From positions 686 through 64,685 of the forward strand of contig CAMYIO010000002.1 of NCBI GenBank assembly GCA_947258515.1: 64,000 nt of DNA, given 5' to 3'. Every line of letters begins with the position of its first letter. The stretch's first letter is position 1. A program made the position numbers and the translations under genes. The notes under the pieces were generated by a model. That model was not told the DNA's origin, did not search any database, and saw nothing but the letters and a program-made list of their open reading frames with translations. Source of the stretch: an uncultured Ectothiorhodospiraceae bacterium. Its GTDB lineage: Bacteria; Pseudomonadota; Gammaproteobacteria; UBA9214. Positions 36,096 to 46,461 of the stretch are shown piece after piece.

Positions 36096-37121
36096 ATGGA
36101 TAACAACGAAACAGTGTCTGAACAAGCTGCTCCCGATGAAGTCGCTCCCGGTGAGGTCTTGTCAGTAGAAGAGAAGGATGCACTGATGGCGGGTGTCAGT
36201 TCCGGTGAAGTGGACGGGCAGCCCGCGGTGCCGAGCGGTGAGGTGGTGCCCTATGACCTGACCAGCCAGGATCGCATCGTACGTGGGCGCTTGCCGGTTC
36301 TGGAAAAGATAAACGAACGCTTTATTCGCTATCTGCAGGGCGGCTTCGAGGAAATGCTGAAGCGGCCTGTCGATGTATCGAGCGGAGAACTGAAAACCGT
36401 GAGGATATCCGACTATATCCACGGGCTTGATATTCCGGCGAGCCTGAATTTTGTGCATGTTGACCCTCTGCCGGGTGAGGCGCTGTTTGTCTTTAATCCT
36501 CACCTCGTCTATTCAATTGTTGATATCTATTTCGGTGGAAATTGTCAGCAGCAAGGCAAGGTAGAGGGGCGTGACTTTACTCCGACGGAGACACGGGTTA
36601 CGCGGCTTGTCCTGGACGGGATCTTCCAGGCCTTGAAGGATGCATGGGAGCAGGTGCTTGCTGTTGAATTCAACTACGTGAAGTCCGAGTCAAATCCGCA
36701 ATTTTCCTGCATGGCCACGTCGCGGGAGATGATGGTTGTTTCCAGTTTTCATGTGAGATTCGGTGAGGTTGGCGGCGAATTTCATGTCTGTTTCCCGTAC
36801 TCCATGATTGATCCCGTGCGCGGTTTGCTGGACGGTGGCAGGCAGAAGAGCAAGCTTGATATCGAGAAAATATGGCTAACCAATCTGAAACACAAGATTC
36901 AGGAGGCGACCGTAGAAATGCACGGCACTATTGCGGACACCGAGGTCAGTCTGCGCGACATCTTTAACTTGAAGGCCGGTGATGTGATACCGGTAACAAT
37001 GCCCGAACAGGTAACCCTGACAGTTGATGATGTAGACATGTTTCATGGTCACTTCGGTGTGCACAACGAGCACAATGCAGTGAAGATTATCAGCAGACTG
37101 AGTACCCAGGAAGAGAGATAG
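36096..37121 (+). CDS. fliM: Flagellar motor switch protein FliM
   Basis: N-terminal LSVEEKDALM (CheY-P-binding-like) and RLPVLEKINERFIRYL... Synteny also fits. Confidence 0.95.
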   Translation: MDNNETVSEQAAPDEVAPGEVLSVEEKDALMAGVSSGEVDGQPAVPSGEVVPYDLTSQDRIVRGRLPVLEKINERFIRYLQGGFEEMLKRPVDVSSGELKTVRISDYIHGLDIPASLNFVHVDPLPGEALFVFNPHLVYSIVDIYFGGNCQQQGKVEGRDFTPTETRVTRLVLDGIFQALKDAWEQVLAVEFNYVKSESNPQFSCMATSREMMVVSSFHVRFGEVGGEFHVCFPYSMIDPVRGLLDGGRQKSKLDIEKIWLTNLKHKIQEATVEMHGTIADTEVSLRDIFNLKAGDVIPVTMPEQVTLTVDDVDMFHGHFGVHNEHNAVKIISRLSTQEER

Positions 37122-37145
37122 CACCGTACATTCCAGGAGATTGTC

Positions 37146-37598
37146 ATGAGTGAAGAGAACGAGACGATGGAAACAGATGAAACAGTAACCGGGGCAACGG
37201 TGGATGATTCTTCGTCTGTTACCGGCAACGGGCAGGCCGCTGCAGACGCCGGGCAGGAGCAGGCGGGGGGAGAGAATTATCAGCCGGCCGCGTTTGATGA
37301 AAAACAGCGTGATCCTGAAACAGCTAACAAGACGGGTGATACCAACCTGGATGTCATCCTGGATATTCCCGTGACGCTATCAATGGAAATCGGACGCACC
37401 CGGGTCAGCATCCAGGACCTGCTGCAATTGACCAAGGGTTCAGTCGTTGAACTGGACCGGATGGCCGGTGAACCACTCGATGTGCTGGTGAATGGCACAC
37501 TGGTGGCGCGCGGTGAGGTTGTGGTGGTCAACGATAAATTCGGTGTGCGCCTCAATGATGTCATCAGTCCGGTTGATCGAGTCCAGACTCTCAGGTAA
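37146..37598 (+). CDS. fliN: Flagellar motor switch protein FliN
   Basis: C-terminal SpoA domain: NLDVILDIPVTLSMEIGRTRVSIQDLLQLTKGSVVELDRMAGEPLDVLVNGTLVARGEVVVVNDKFGVRL. Confidence 0.9.
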   Translation: MSEENETMETDETVTGATVDDSSSVTGNGQAAADAGQEQAGGENYQPAAFDEKQRDPETANKTGDTNLDVILDIPVTLSMEIGRTRVSIQDLLQLTKGSVVELDRMAGEPLDVLVNGTLVARGEVVVVNDKFGVRLNDVISPVDRVQTLR

Positions 37599-37612
37599 AC
37601 GGTGCCTCTGCC

Positions 37613-38083
37613 ATGCTTATTATCGATAAAGATATAACACAATCCATGCTGGCTTCAGCGAGCTGTTTGCTCGCGACACTTTGTCCGCCGGTTGTGCAGG
37701 CAGCAGAAAAACCCCGTGGTTTGTCAGCGGCGGGACTGTCTGGTGATGTCATGGGAAGCGGTTTTCTTGCACAGTCAGCGACCGGGCTGCTTGTCGTGCT
37801 GGTCTCTGTCGTCGTCGTTACCTGGATGATCAAGCGCTTCGGTCGCTTGCAGTCATCAGCAAAAGGTACTTTACGCATGATTGATGGTATGGCCCTGAGC
37901 ACCCGGGAACGGATTGTCCTGGTACAGGTGGGTGATACCCAGGTGCTGCTGGGTGTGGCACCCGGCAGGGTAGAAGCAGTACATGTGCTTGAAAAGCCCG
38001 TGGTGACGGAGGCCGCAAGAGAAATTACGGGGAGTTTTGCAACACGTCTCAGGGAAGCACTTGTAAAGGAGCAACAACAGTGA
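37613..38083 (+). CDS. fliO: Flagellar biosynthesis protein FliO
   Basis: Single TM followed by [27 protein letters not shown]. The stop overlaps the fliP GTG. Confidence 0.7.
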   Translation: MLIIDKDITQSMLASASCLLATLCPPVVQAAEKPRGLSAAGLSGDVMGSGFLAQSATGLLVVLVSVVVVTWMIKRFGRLQSSAKGTLRMIDGMALSTRERIVLVQVGDTQVLLGVAPGRVEAVHVLEKPVVTEAAREITGSFATRLREALVKEQQQ

Positions 38084-38832
38084 AATTCCACCAGCTGATG
38101 TTCATGTCGGTGCTGCTTTTTCTACCCTGCGGATTGGCACTGGGTGCGCCGGGCATGGCAGCAGTGACGGTGACGCCGGTAGCTGGCGGTGGTGAGACCT
38201 ATACCCTGAGTATGCAGGTGCTGGCTCTGATGACGGCACTCTCCCTGCTGCCGGCGGCGCTCATCACCATGACCTCCTTCACGCGGATCATCATTGTGCT
38301 GGCGATACTGCGCCAGGCGCTGGGTACTGCGCAAACGCCTTCAAACCAGATTCTTGTAGGCCTGGCGCTGTTTCTTTCCGCATTTATCATGGCGCCGGTG
38401 TTTGAGGATATTTACGAGGCAGGTGTCGAGCCCTACCTGGCTGAAGAGATCGGGCCGCAGCAGGCACTTGAACAGGGGGTGCAGCCGCTGCGGGAATTTA
38501 TGCTTGAACAGACACGCGAGTCTGATCTGGGCATGTTTTCCGATATCGGGCAGTTTCCGCAAACGGACCTGGCCTCACCGGAAACCATACCTTTTACATT
38601 GCTGGTCCCTGCCTATGTAACCAGCGAGCTGAAGACTGCTTTCCAGATCGGTTTTCTGATGCTGATACCTTTTCTTGTGATTGATCTTGTTGTCGCGAGT
38701 GTGCTGATGTCCATGGGCATGATGATGCTGTCGCCCATGATCATTTCACTGCCATTTAAAATCATGCTGTTTGTGCTGGTAGATGGCTGGGCACTGGTGA
38801 TGGGAACGCTGGCCACCAGTTTCTTTACGTAA
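38080..38832 (+). CDS. fliP: Flagellar export gate protein FliP
   Basis: ...[53 protein letters not shown]... Confidence 0.95.
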   Translation: MKFHQLMFMSVLLFLPCGLALGAPGMAAVTVTPVAGGGETYTLSMQVLALMTALSLLPAALITMTSFTRIIIVLAILRQALGTAQTPSNQILVGLALFLSAFIMAPVFEDIYEAGVEPYLAEEIGPQQALEQGVQPLREFMLEQTRESDLGMFSDIGQFPQTDLASPETIPFTLLVPAYVTSELKTAFQIGFLMLIPFLVIDLVVASVLMSMGMMMLSPMIISLPFKIMLFVLVDGWALVMGTLATSFFT

Positions 38833-38872
38833 CCGGGAGTAACAGCGGTGGCGCTATGCACGGAGGCATGAA

Positions 38873-39142
38873 ATGACACCGGAAAGTGTAGTTCTGATAG
38901 GCCAGGAGGCAATGAAGATAACTGCCCTGATGGCGGCGCCATTGCTGGGTTCCGCGCTGGTTGTAGGGTTGTTAATCGGTATGTTCCAGGCCGCCACACA
39001 AATTCAGGAAATGACACTCAGTTTTATTCCCAAGCTTGCTGTGATGGCGCTGGCGCTGATGTTGCTTGGTCCATGGATGATTCACCTGGTGGTGAATTTT
39101 ACGGAAAGGCTTTTTGAAAGCATTCCGGCGCTGATCAGCTAG
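38873..39142 (+). CDS. fliQ: Flagellar export gate protein FliQ
   Basis: 89 aa. ...GLLIGMFQAATQIQEMTLSFIPKL... Confidence 0.95.
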   Translation: MTPESVVLIGQEAMKITALMAAPLLGSALVVGLLIGMFQAATQIQEMTLSFIPKLAVMALALMLLGPWMIHLVVNFTERLFESIPALIS

Positions 39143-39168
39143 TTGCCAGTCCAGGGATAACAGACACC

Positions 39169-39951
39169 ATGATCAGCCTCACCAGCGTTGAATTGAGCGG
39201 ATGGGTCGGCTCATTGCTATGGCCGTTTATACGCATAGGTGCCATGCTGATGGCCGCACCGGTATTCGGTGCACGTATGGTCCCTGTTCGCGTACGGCTC
39301 GCCCTGGCAATGATCCTGGCATGGGTGCTGTCTCCAATGGTCTATTCCGAGGCAGTGATGATCAATCCCCTGAGTGCCGAAGGACTCATGGTCACCGTGC
39401 AGCAGGTCCTGATTGGGCTGGCAATGGGATTCACTCTGCAAATGGTATTTTCAGCACTGGTGATTGCAGCACAGAGTATGTCAATGGGTATGGGGCTCGG
39501 TTTTGCTACCGCGGTCGATCCCCAGAATGGTGTCCAGGTTCCCGTCGTTGCCCAGTACTACCTGACACTGGCCACCCTGATATTCCTTGCCCTGAACGGC
39601 CACCTGCTCATTATCCAGGTGCTGGTCGACAGTTTTCAAACGCTGCCCGTCGGTATTGATGGTCTGTCACGTGAAGGGCTCTGGGCGCTTGTAAACTGGG
39701 GCAGCCGCATGTTTGCCGGAGCCGTGCTGATAGCACTGACGGCCATGACGGCGCTGCTGGTCGTCAACCTCGCTTTTGGCGTTATGAGTCGTGCGGCACC
39801 GCAGCTCAATATTTTCGGTGTTGGTTTTCCGGTCATGATGGCTGCCGGTTTCGTTGTGATCCTGCTGAGCCTGCCCGGGATTACACCCCAGCTGGAAGAG
39901 CTTCTGCAGGATGCATTTGAATTGATCGGCTTGCTGGTCTCCGGAGGCTGA
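39169..39951 (+). CDS. fliR: Flagellar export gate protein FliR
   Basis: 260-aa polytopic membrane protein (..WPFIRIGAMLMAAPVFG..), with matching synteny. Confidence 0.9.
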   Translation: MISLTSVELSGWVGSLLWPFIRIGAMLMAAPVFGARMVPVRVRLALAMILAWVLSPMVYSEAVMINPLSAEGLMVTVQQVLIGLAMGFTLQMVFSALVIAAQSMSMGMGLGFATAVDPQNGVQVPVVAQYYLTLATLIFLALNGHLLIIQVLVDSFQTLPVGIDGLSREGLWALVNWGSRMFAGAVLIALTAMTALLVVNLAFGVMSRAAPQLNIFGVGFPVMMAAGFVVILLSLPGITPQLEELLQDAFELIGLLVSGG

Positions 39952-39954
39952 AGT

Positions 39955-41088
39955 ATGTCACAGACTTCCGGACAGGAGAAAACCGAACAGGCAACCCCCA
40001 AACGACTGCGCGACTCGCGTGAAAAAGGACAAATTGCACGATCCCGTGATCTGAATAGCCTGATCCTGTTGCTGGCGTCCTCCGGCGGGCTGCTGGTTTT
40101 CAGTGAGTCGATGTTGAGTGGCATGGTACGCCAGATGTATTCGGGTTTTATGCTGTCACGTGATGTGCTGTTTGATCCAGCACAGCTGCAGTACCACCTG
40201 GGGCGGGCACTCGCGGATGCGTTGCTGGCTTTCTCGCCTTTGCTCGGCGTGCTGTTTATTGCCGCCCTGCTGGCACCGATGGCGCTCGGCGGATGGTCAT
40301 TCAGTCCCAAGGCTATCGTGCCCAACTGGGGGAAGCTGAACCCGGCCAAGGGGTTTGGCCGCATGTTTTCACGTCGTGCACCTGTAGAGGGACTCAAGGC
40401 GTTTGCCAAGTTCGCCGTGGTTGCAATTGCCTCGGCCATTCTTCTCAATCAGCGAGCGGGTGATATTTTCATGCTCGGTACTGAACCGTTGCGCAACGGT
40501 CTCGCGCACACAGCGCATATCGTCGGCTGGTCCTTTATTGCAGTGAGTTCTGTGCTCATCCTGATTGCCGCTGTCGATGTGCCTTTCCAGCTCTGGGATA
40601 ATGCCAATAAGCTGAAGATGACGAAGCAGGAGATAAAGGATGAGCAGAAACAAACGGATGGCAGCCCGGAAACCAAGAGTCGTATTCGGGCGATACAGCG
40701 ACAGATGGCTCAGCAACGCATGATGGAGGCTATTCCTGATGCTGATGTGGTCGTAACCAACCCGACACATTATGCAGTTGCACTGCGTTATGACAAGGAG
40801 GGCAGCGGGGCGCCCACTGTTGTAGCCAAGGGTGCGGATCTGATAGCTGCCCAGATCCGCAAGATTGCCGCTGCCAACGACGTCGCGATTGTAGAGGTCC
40901 CGCCGCTGACGCGGGCACTGTATTTCAATACCGACATTGGCCAGGAGATACCTGCCGGATTATATGTGGCTGTCGCACAGGTGCTGGCTTATATCTACCA
41001 GCTGAAGAGTATGCAGACAACAGGACGTGAAGTGCCGGCGCTGCCGGTGGATCTGCCGGTACCCGATGAACTATTGAGAGATCGTTAA
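39955..41088 (+). CDS. flhB: Flagellar export switch protein FlhB
   Basis: N-terminal SGQEKTEQATPKRLRDSREKGQIARSRDL and the NPTH autocleavage motif (VVVTNPTHYAVAL). Confidence 0.95.
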   Translation: MSQTSGQEKTEQATPKRLRDSREKGQIARSRDLNSLILLLASSGGLLVFSESMLSGMVRQMYSGFMLSRDVLFDPAQLQYHLGRALADALLAFSPLLGVLFIAALLAPMALGGWSFSPKAIVPNWGKLNPAKGFGRMFSRRAPVEGLKAFAKFAVVAIASAILLNQRAGDIFMLGTEPLRNGLAHTAHIVGWSFIAVSSVLILIAAVDVPFQLWDNANKLKMTKQEIKDEQKQTDGSPETKSRIRAIQRQMAQQRMMEAIPDADVVVTNPTHYAVALRYDKEGSGAPTVVAKGADLIAAQIRKIAAANDVAIVEVPPLTRALYFNTDIGQEIPAGLYVAVAQVLAYIYQLKSMQTTGREVPALPVDLPVPDELLRDR

Positions 41089-41110
41089 TACAGGACGTAG
41101 AGAAGGTGAC

Positions 41111-43216
41111 ATGATGGATACGATGGCGAGATTTGAAAGGTTCAGTCCCCGGATGCTGATCGGGCTGGGTACACCCCTGTTACTGGTGATGATGCTCGGC
41201 ATGATGATATTGCCGCTGCCGACGCCGGTGCTGGACCTGGTATTTACGTTTAACATCGCGCTGGGGCTGATTGTTCTGCTGGTGGCGGTGTATACCCTGA
41301 AACCCCTTGAATTTGCCATCTTCCCGGCAGTATTGCTGGTGGCCACGCTGCTGCGGCTGTCGCTCAATGTCGCATCTACCCGCGTCATCATGCTGAACGG
41401 TCATGAAGGGGGGGATGCCGCCGGGCGTGTCATCCAGGCCTTCGGTGAGTTCGTCGTGGGGGGTAACTATGCCGTCGGCCTGATCGTCTTTGCCATTCTG
41501 GTGATTATCAACTTTGTTGTTGTGACCAAGGGCGCCGGTCGTATCGCGGAAGTCAGTGCCCGTTTTACCCTGGATGCCATGCCCGGCAAGCAAATGGCGA
41601 TTGACGCCGATCTGAATTCAGGTCTTATTGACCAGGACCAGGCACGGACGCGGCGTGAGGAGGTTACCCAGGAAGCCGACTTCTACGGTGCCATGGATGG
41701 TGCCAGCAAGTTTGTCCGCGGTGATGCTATCGCCGGACTATTGATATTGTTCATCAATATAATCGGCGGTTTTGCAGTTGGTACGCTGCAGCACGGATTG
41801 TCGATGGCGGATGCCGCCCATTTCTATACCTTGTTGACGATTGGTGATGGCCTGGTTGCCCAGATTCCGTCACTGGTACTGTCAACTGCAGCGGCCATCA
41901 TGGTAACGCGCGTCTCTGCTGCACAGGATATGGGGCAGCAATTCATCAACCAGCTGACCCGGCACCCGCGGGCATTGGCTATTACGGCCGGTGTGATCGG
42001 GATACTCGGGCTGGTCCCCGGTATGCCCAACGCGGTATTCCTGACACTCGCGGCCGTGATTGGTGGCATAGCCTATTTTCTCATCGTTAAGCAGAAACAG
42101 GCTGCGACGGCAAACACCAGGGAGCAGCAACAGCCGGTTGCCGATGAGCACTCGAGAGAGCTCGGCTGGGATGATGTCTTGCCGGTTGATGTCATTGGTC
42201 TTGAAGTCGGTTATCGCCTGATTCCGCTGGTGGACAAGAAACAGGGCGGTCAACTGATGTCCCGCATCAAGGGTGTGCGCAGAAAGCTTTCACAGGAACT
42301 CGGATTCCTGATCGATCCGGTACATATCCGGGATAACCTGGACCTGGAGCCGGGCGCTTATGTTATTAACCTGATGGGTGTTCCGGTGGGCGAGGCGCAG
42401 ATACATCTCGAGAAGGAACTGGCCATTAATCCCGGACAGGTCTTTGGCAAACTGGAGGGGCTTGCCGTCAAGGACCCTGCCTTCGGGCTGGAAGCGGTGT
42501 GGATTGATGCCGCCCAGCGAGACGAGGCACAGACGCTCGGTTATACCGTGGTTGATGCAAGTACCGTGGTGGCAACCCATTTGAGCAGCCTGCTGCAGCA
42601 ACATGCGCATGAGTTGCTTGGCCATGAAAGCGTGCAGCAACTGCTGGATATGCTTGCCAAGACCTCACCGAAGCTGGTTGAAAACCTGGTGCCGAAAACG
42701 CTGTCACTCGGGGTGGTCGTGAAGGTGCTGCAGAATTTGTTAATGGAGGGTGTGCCGATACGTGACTTGCGCACCATCGCCGAAACATTGGCGGAGCAGG
42801 CCCCCAGGAGTCAGGATCCCGACTTGTTGACGGCCGCAGTGCGGGTCAAGTTGTCACGCATGATTTACCAGAAAATCAATGGCATGGAGGACAATCTGGA
42901 CGCGATGGCGCTGGATCCCAAGTTGGAACAGTTATTGCTTAAATCTATAGAGGGTAGTCATGGCAATGGCCCTGGAATGGAACCCGGGCTTGCCGAGACG
43001 ATGTTGCAATCGCTGCTGGAAAATACCCGGCAGCAGGAAGCGAAAGGGCAGTCAGCGGTATTACTGGTGTCCCCGCAATTGCGGCAATGGCTGGCAGAGT
43101 TTATACGCGGCACGGTTTGCGGACTCAATGTTCTTGCCTACAACGAGTTGCCCGAGAACAAGCAGGTCAGGATCGTGGCAACAATCGGCGGTGAGGCCTA
43201 TGCAATGGCCAGCTGA
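41111..43216 (+). CDS. flhA: Flagellar export gate protein FlhA
   Basis: 701 aa. ...FPAVLLVATLLRLSLNVASTRVIL..., the FHIPEP region (RFTLDAMPGKQMAIDADL) and a large cytoplasmic C-domain. Confidence 0.95.
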   Translation: MMDTMARFERFSPRMLIGLGTPLLLVMMLGMMILPLPTPVLDLVFTFNIALGLIVLLVAVYTLKPLEFAIFPAVLLVATLLRLSLNVASTRVIMLNGHEGGDAAGRVIQAFGEFVVGGNYAVGLIVFAILVIINFVVVTKGAGRIAEVSARFTLDAMPGKQMAIDADLNSGLIDQDQARTRREEVTQEADFYGAMDGASKFVRGDAIAGLLILFINIIGGFAVGTLQHGLSMADAAHFYTLLTIGDGLVAQIPSLVLSTAAAIMVTRVSAAQDMGQQFINQLTRHPRALAITAGVIGILGLVPGMPNAVFLTLAAVIGGIAYFLIVKQKQAATANTREQQQPVADEHSRELGWDDVLPVDVIGLEVGYRLIPLVDKKQGGQLMSRIKGVRRKLSQELGFLIDPVHIRDNLDLEPGAYVINLMGVPVGEAQIHLEKELAINPGQVFGKLEGLAVKDPAFGLEAVWIDAAQRDEAQTLGYTVVDASTVVATHLSSLLQQHAHELLGHESVQQLLDMLAKTSPKLVENLVPKTLSLGVVVKVLQNLLMEGVPIRDLRTIAETLAEQAPRSQDPDLLTAAVRVKLSRMIYQKINGMEDNLDAMALDPKLEQLLLKSIEGSHGNGPGMEPGLAETMLQSLLENTRQQEAKGQSAVLLVSPQLRQWLAEFIRGTVCGLNVLAYNELPENKQVRIVATIGGEAYAMAS

Positions 43217-43265
43217 AGAGGAATGCAACAGACCGCAGTATTTTGTTACAAGGAGGTAGCAAATT

Positions 43266-44486
43266 ATGAAAATGAAACGTTTTATTGCCGCTGGATCGCA
43301 CCAGGCAATGGTACAGGTCAATGATGTGCTGGGCCCGGATGCGCTGATTCTTTCCAATCGCAAGGTTGCAGAGGGTGTCGAGATAATCGCGGCGGTTGAC
43401 TACGAAGATGATTTGCTCTCCAGTACACCTGTCTCGACCGAGGCCGCGTCTGTCACTGACAAGGCACCCGATAAAGCCGCCGCCGTGGTTGCCAGGCGGC
43501 CTGAATGTGCCGCAGGCAAACCTGAAGGTCCTGAAACTCTTTCACTGCAAGGCGTGCATAGTGAGATAAAGGCATTACGTAACATGCTGGAAGTGCCCCT
43601 GTCGCGGATGGTGTGGTCCGAAATGGAGCGGCTGCAACCGCATCGCGCGGCCTTGCTGGCGCGGATGATAGCGCTGGGACTGCACCCGGTCATTGCCAAC
43701 CGGATTGCAGACCAGTTGACAGACATCCAGGACGATGAGCATGGCTGGAAGCAGTCGTTGTCCATTCTGGAAAACATGCTTCCGGTTGCAAATGATGATC
43801 TGCTGGATACCGGCGGAGTCGTTGCGCTGGTCGGTCCCACGGGGGTCGGCAAGACCACCACAATTGCAAAGCTCGCAGCCCGTTTTGCCTTGCGACATGG
43901 ACGTCGACATGTGGCGCTGGTCACCATGGATCACTATCGTATTGGTGCACACGACCAGCTGCGTACCTACGGGAAGCTGATTGGCGTGCCAGTGTATATC
44001 GCGGGTGACGAGGAGGAGTTACGGGTTATCCTCAACCAGATGAATGATCGCAAGCTGATCCTGATTGATACCGCGGGTACCAGTCAGAGAGCCATGCAAC
44101 TGTCAGAGCAGTTTGCGGCACTCAACATCGATGGCGCGGACATAAAACGCTATCTGGTGCTGTCCGCGACAAGTCACATGGCGGTGAACGATGAGGTGGT
44201 AAGCACCTTTTCCAGTATTAATCCTGAAAGATGTATTTTGACGAAGGTTGATGAAACAACCAGTCTCGGCGGTACACTTTCAGTTTTGATAAAACACAAT
44301 CTTCCCGTGTCCCATATTGGCGACGGGCAGCGTGTGCCTGATGATTTCCACCAGGCGAGTGCTCGGCGTCTGGCGGCACAGGCCGGGGCGCTGCTAAAAG
44401 ACTGCGGTAATACCCAGTCCGATGAGGTCTGGATGCAGGCACTTGGTGTTATCGAGGGGGAGAATAATGCTCATGCATATTGCTGA
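43266..44486 (+). CDS. flhF: Flagellar SRP-type GTPase FlhF
   Basis: G1 LVGPTGVGKTTTIAKLAA, DTAG motif (LIDTAGTSQ), TKVDE. Confidence 0.9.
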   Translation: MKMKRFIAAGSHQAMVQVNDVLGPDALILSNRKVAEGVEIIAAVDYEDDLLSSTPVSTEAASVTDKAPDKAAAVVARRPECAAGKPEGPETLSLQGVHSEIKALRNMLEVPLSRMVWSEMERLQPHRAALLARMIALGLHPVIANRIADQLTDIQDDEHGWKQSLSILENMLPVANDDLLDTGGVVALVGPTGVGKTTTIAKLAARFALRHGRRHVALVTMDHYRIGAHDQLRTYGKLIGVPVYIAGDEEELRVILNQMNDRKLILIDTAGTSQRAMQLSEQFAALNIDGADIKRYLVLSATSHMAVNDEVVSTFSSINPERCILTKVDETTSLGGTLSVLIKHNLPVSHIGDGQRVPDDFHQASARRLAAQAGALLKDCGNTQSDEVWMQALGVIEGENNAHAYC

Positions 44487-45345
44487 GAAAACCATGGATC
44501 AGGCAGACGGGCTACGTCGTATGATCCAGCCACGTCCGGTAAAGGTGATAGCTGTGACGGGTGGCAAGGGGGGGATTGGCAAGACCAATGTGTCCGTGAA
44601 TCTTGCTATTACGCTGGCACGGCAAAACAGGAAGGTGATGTTGATGGATGCGGACTTCGGGCTTGCCAATGTCGATGTGATGCTCGGGCTCAATAGTCGC
44701 AAGAACATGTCCCATGTCGTATCCGGGGAGTGTTCACTTGAAGAAATTACTGTCGATGGGCCGGCAGGATTGAAGATCATTCCATCGGCCTCGGGAAATA
44801 ACAGCATGCTCAATCTCACCACTGTCGAACATGGCGGGCTGATTCGTGCGTTTAGTGAATTTACTCATGACGTGGATGTCTTGCTGGTGGATACGGCAGC
44901 CGGAATTTCAGAGAGTGTAGTGACCTATGCACGTGCAGCCCATGAGGTGATTGTCGTTGTTTGTGATGAGCCCGCTTCACTGACTGATGCCTATGCATTA
45001 ATAAAGATATTGCATCGATACCATGGGGTTTACCGTTTCCAGGTTCTTGCAAATATGACGAATAATGCCTATGAAGGCAGGAACCTGTTCGGGAAGCTCT
45101 CCAAGGTGGCACAACGCTTTCTGGATGTGAGTCTTAACTATATGGGTTGCATCCCCCGGGATGACTTCCTGCGCAAGGCAGTACAACGCCAGCAGGCTGT
45201 CGTGGAGGCCTTTCCGCGCAGCAGTTCAGCGATTGAATTCGCAAAGCTGGCAAAGAAAGCGGACGAGTGGCCGATGCCGGAGGTTGCAACGGGCCAGATG
45301 GAGTTTTTTATCGAACGTCTGATACAACCCGGTAATGTCGCGTAA
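44467..45345 (+). CDS. flhG: MinD/ParA-type flagellar number regulator FlhG (FleN)
   Basis: Deviant Walker A VTGGKGGIGKTNVSVNLA. GGGGAG SD before ATG 44467, and a 20-nt overlap with flhF. Confidence 0.9.
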   Translation: MLMHIAEKTMDQADGLRRMIQPRPVKVIAVTGGKGGIGKTNVSVNLAITLARQNRKVMLMDADFGLANVDVMLGLNSRKNMSHVVSGECSLEEITVDGPAGLKIIPSASGNNSMLNLTTVEHGGLIRAFSEFTHDVDVLLVDTAAGISESVVTYARAAHEVIVVVCDEPASLTDAYALIKILHRYHGVYRFQVLANMTNNAYEGRNLFGKLSKVAQRFLDVSLNYMGCIPRDDFLRKAVQRQQAVVEAFPRSSSAIEFAKLAKKADEWPMPEVATGQMEFFIERLIQPGNVA

Positions 45346-45363
45346 CCATGTAATAGCAGCGTT

Positions 45364-46005
45364 ATGGATGCCAGAATCTTCATTGCAGTATTGCTAGGTG
45401 CCGCATTCATTGCGGGTCCCGGTAGCAGTATCGCTAAAGACCAGCACGCCCTGCTGATTACAGTACTGCAAACTGATGATGCCGGCCTGGCCAGGGGCTT
45501 GCTGGCCAATACAACAGACGTCGGGCGCATTGAGCACGGCTATCATGCACCTGCCAGGGTATATGGAACCGACAGTGTGCGTTCGCCCGGGAGTTTTCAG
45601 CAGGTGCGGGTAATTGAAGGACAGAGAGCTGTGTATTCAAGCAGCTACAGTTCTCCGCAGGTTCGCTTTCTGTGGGCGGAAGAGAGCGGCAGGCGCTTGC
45701 GGTCAAATGTTGGTGTGGAAAACCATGAAATAGTGTCCGGGTTTTATGTGCAGGCAGAACTGCAGGGTAACGAGGTGTTGCTGCAACTGGATCGATTCAA
45801 TGGTCAGGCACAGCCTGACTATGACGGTCATGGCTTACGTCTGAATATCCGTACAACGATAAATGGTCCTCTGGGCAACTGGCTGGATGCCGGTGGTTCA
45901 CTGCTGCTGGAAGAAGACAAATCTGTAAATCGTAGCTACTACCTGCCACGCAGAAATGAGGAACATACGCGTTTGCTGATAAAAGTAGAGTCTGTGCCCG
46001 AGTGA
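45364..46005 (+). CDS. Exported hypothetical protein with secretin-C-domain-like sequence pattern
   Basis: Signal peptide (IFIAVLLGAAFIAGPGSSIA). Segments QQVRVIEGQRAVYSS / SGFYVQAELQGNEVLLQLDR / NIRTTINGPLGNWLDAGG resemble the beta-strand pattern of secretin C-domains. It starts 19 nt after the flhG stop. Confidence 0.55.
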   Translation: MDARIFIAVLLGAAFIAGPGSSIAKDQHALLITVLQTDDAGLARGLLANTTDVGRIEHGYHAPARVYGTDSVRSPGSFQQVRVIEGQRAVYSSSYSSPQVRFLWAEESGRRLRSNVGVENHEIVSGFYVQAELQGNEVLLQLDRFNGQAQPDYDGHGLRLNIRTTINGPLGNWLDAGGSLLLEEDKSVNRSYYLPRRNEEHTRLLIKVESVPE

Positions 46006-46461
46006 TGCATCAATCAACAATGATGAATCACGCTCATGCGATGACATCATCATGGAAGAAAGTACCCCGAGCGTTACTGTCGTTGCGTCTTGTCACCGGC
46101 TGACTATGCATATTCATCAATATGGTTCGTGTCGGTATCCGGGTTTTCCTGGTCGTCCTGCGGTTGCCGGCGCGGGCGCGGGCGCTGGGCTTTTCCTCGT
46201 GCTGTATGCGATGTGGTCGCTGATGGCCAATTGACGGAGATGACGGCACAGGTGTCAGTGGCCTGATATCCTCGAGCATTCCCATGAGTGTTGACCTCAA
46301 TCTGCAATTGTTCACTGTACTTATCGGCAGACATTTGAAAATCTTGGCAAGGGTGCGGGGTCACGGCAGGTGGCAAGTCCGGTCCGTCTGGCTATTGCCG
46401 GCGTGGTTATGCGAGAATCGGCCGGCAAGCACTGGATGTTATTGAGCGGGGGGGTATTTTT

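Noticed and set aside
40271-40285. TGGCAC-CGATG-GCGC with sigma-54-like spacing inside flhB.
   Set aside because: It is intragenic, about 840 nt from the next start codon, with a poor -12 region. It is within the number of chance matches expected.
46320-46327. Perfect GCCGATAA (sigma-28 -10 element) on the minus strand in the 456-nt spacer upstream of the SPOR-domain gene.
   Set aside because: The -35 position reads CCAAG (3/5). It overlaps the ATG of an unconvincing ORF, and no credible gene or RNA end lies downstream before the convergent 45364..46005 gene.
46034-46376. Overlapping 60-93-aa ORFs on both strands in the spacer after 45364..46005, including a (GCGCGG)-type short repeat at 46168-46190.
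   Set aside because: There is no SD, the frames are mutually exclusive, and the translations are Arg/Pro/Thr-rich. I left the spacer as non-coding with uncertainty.
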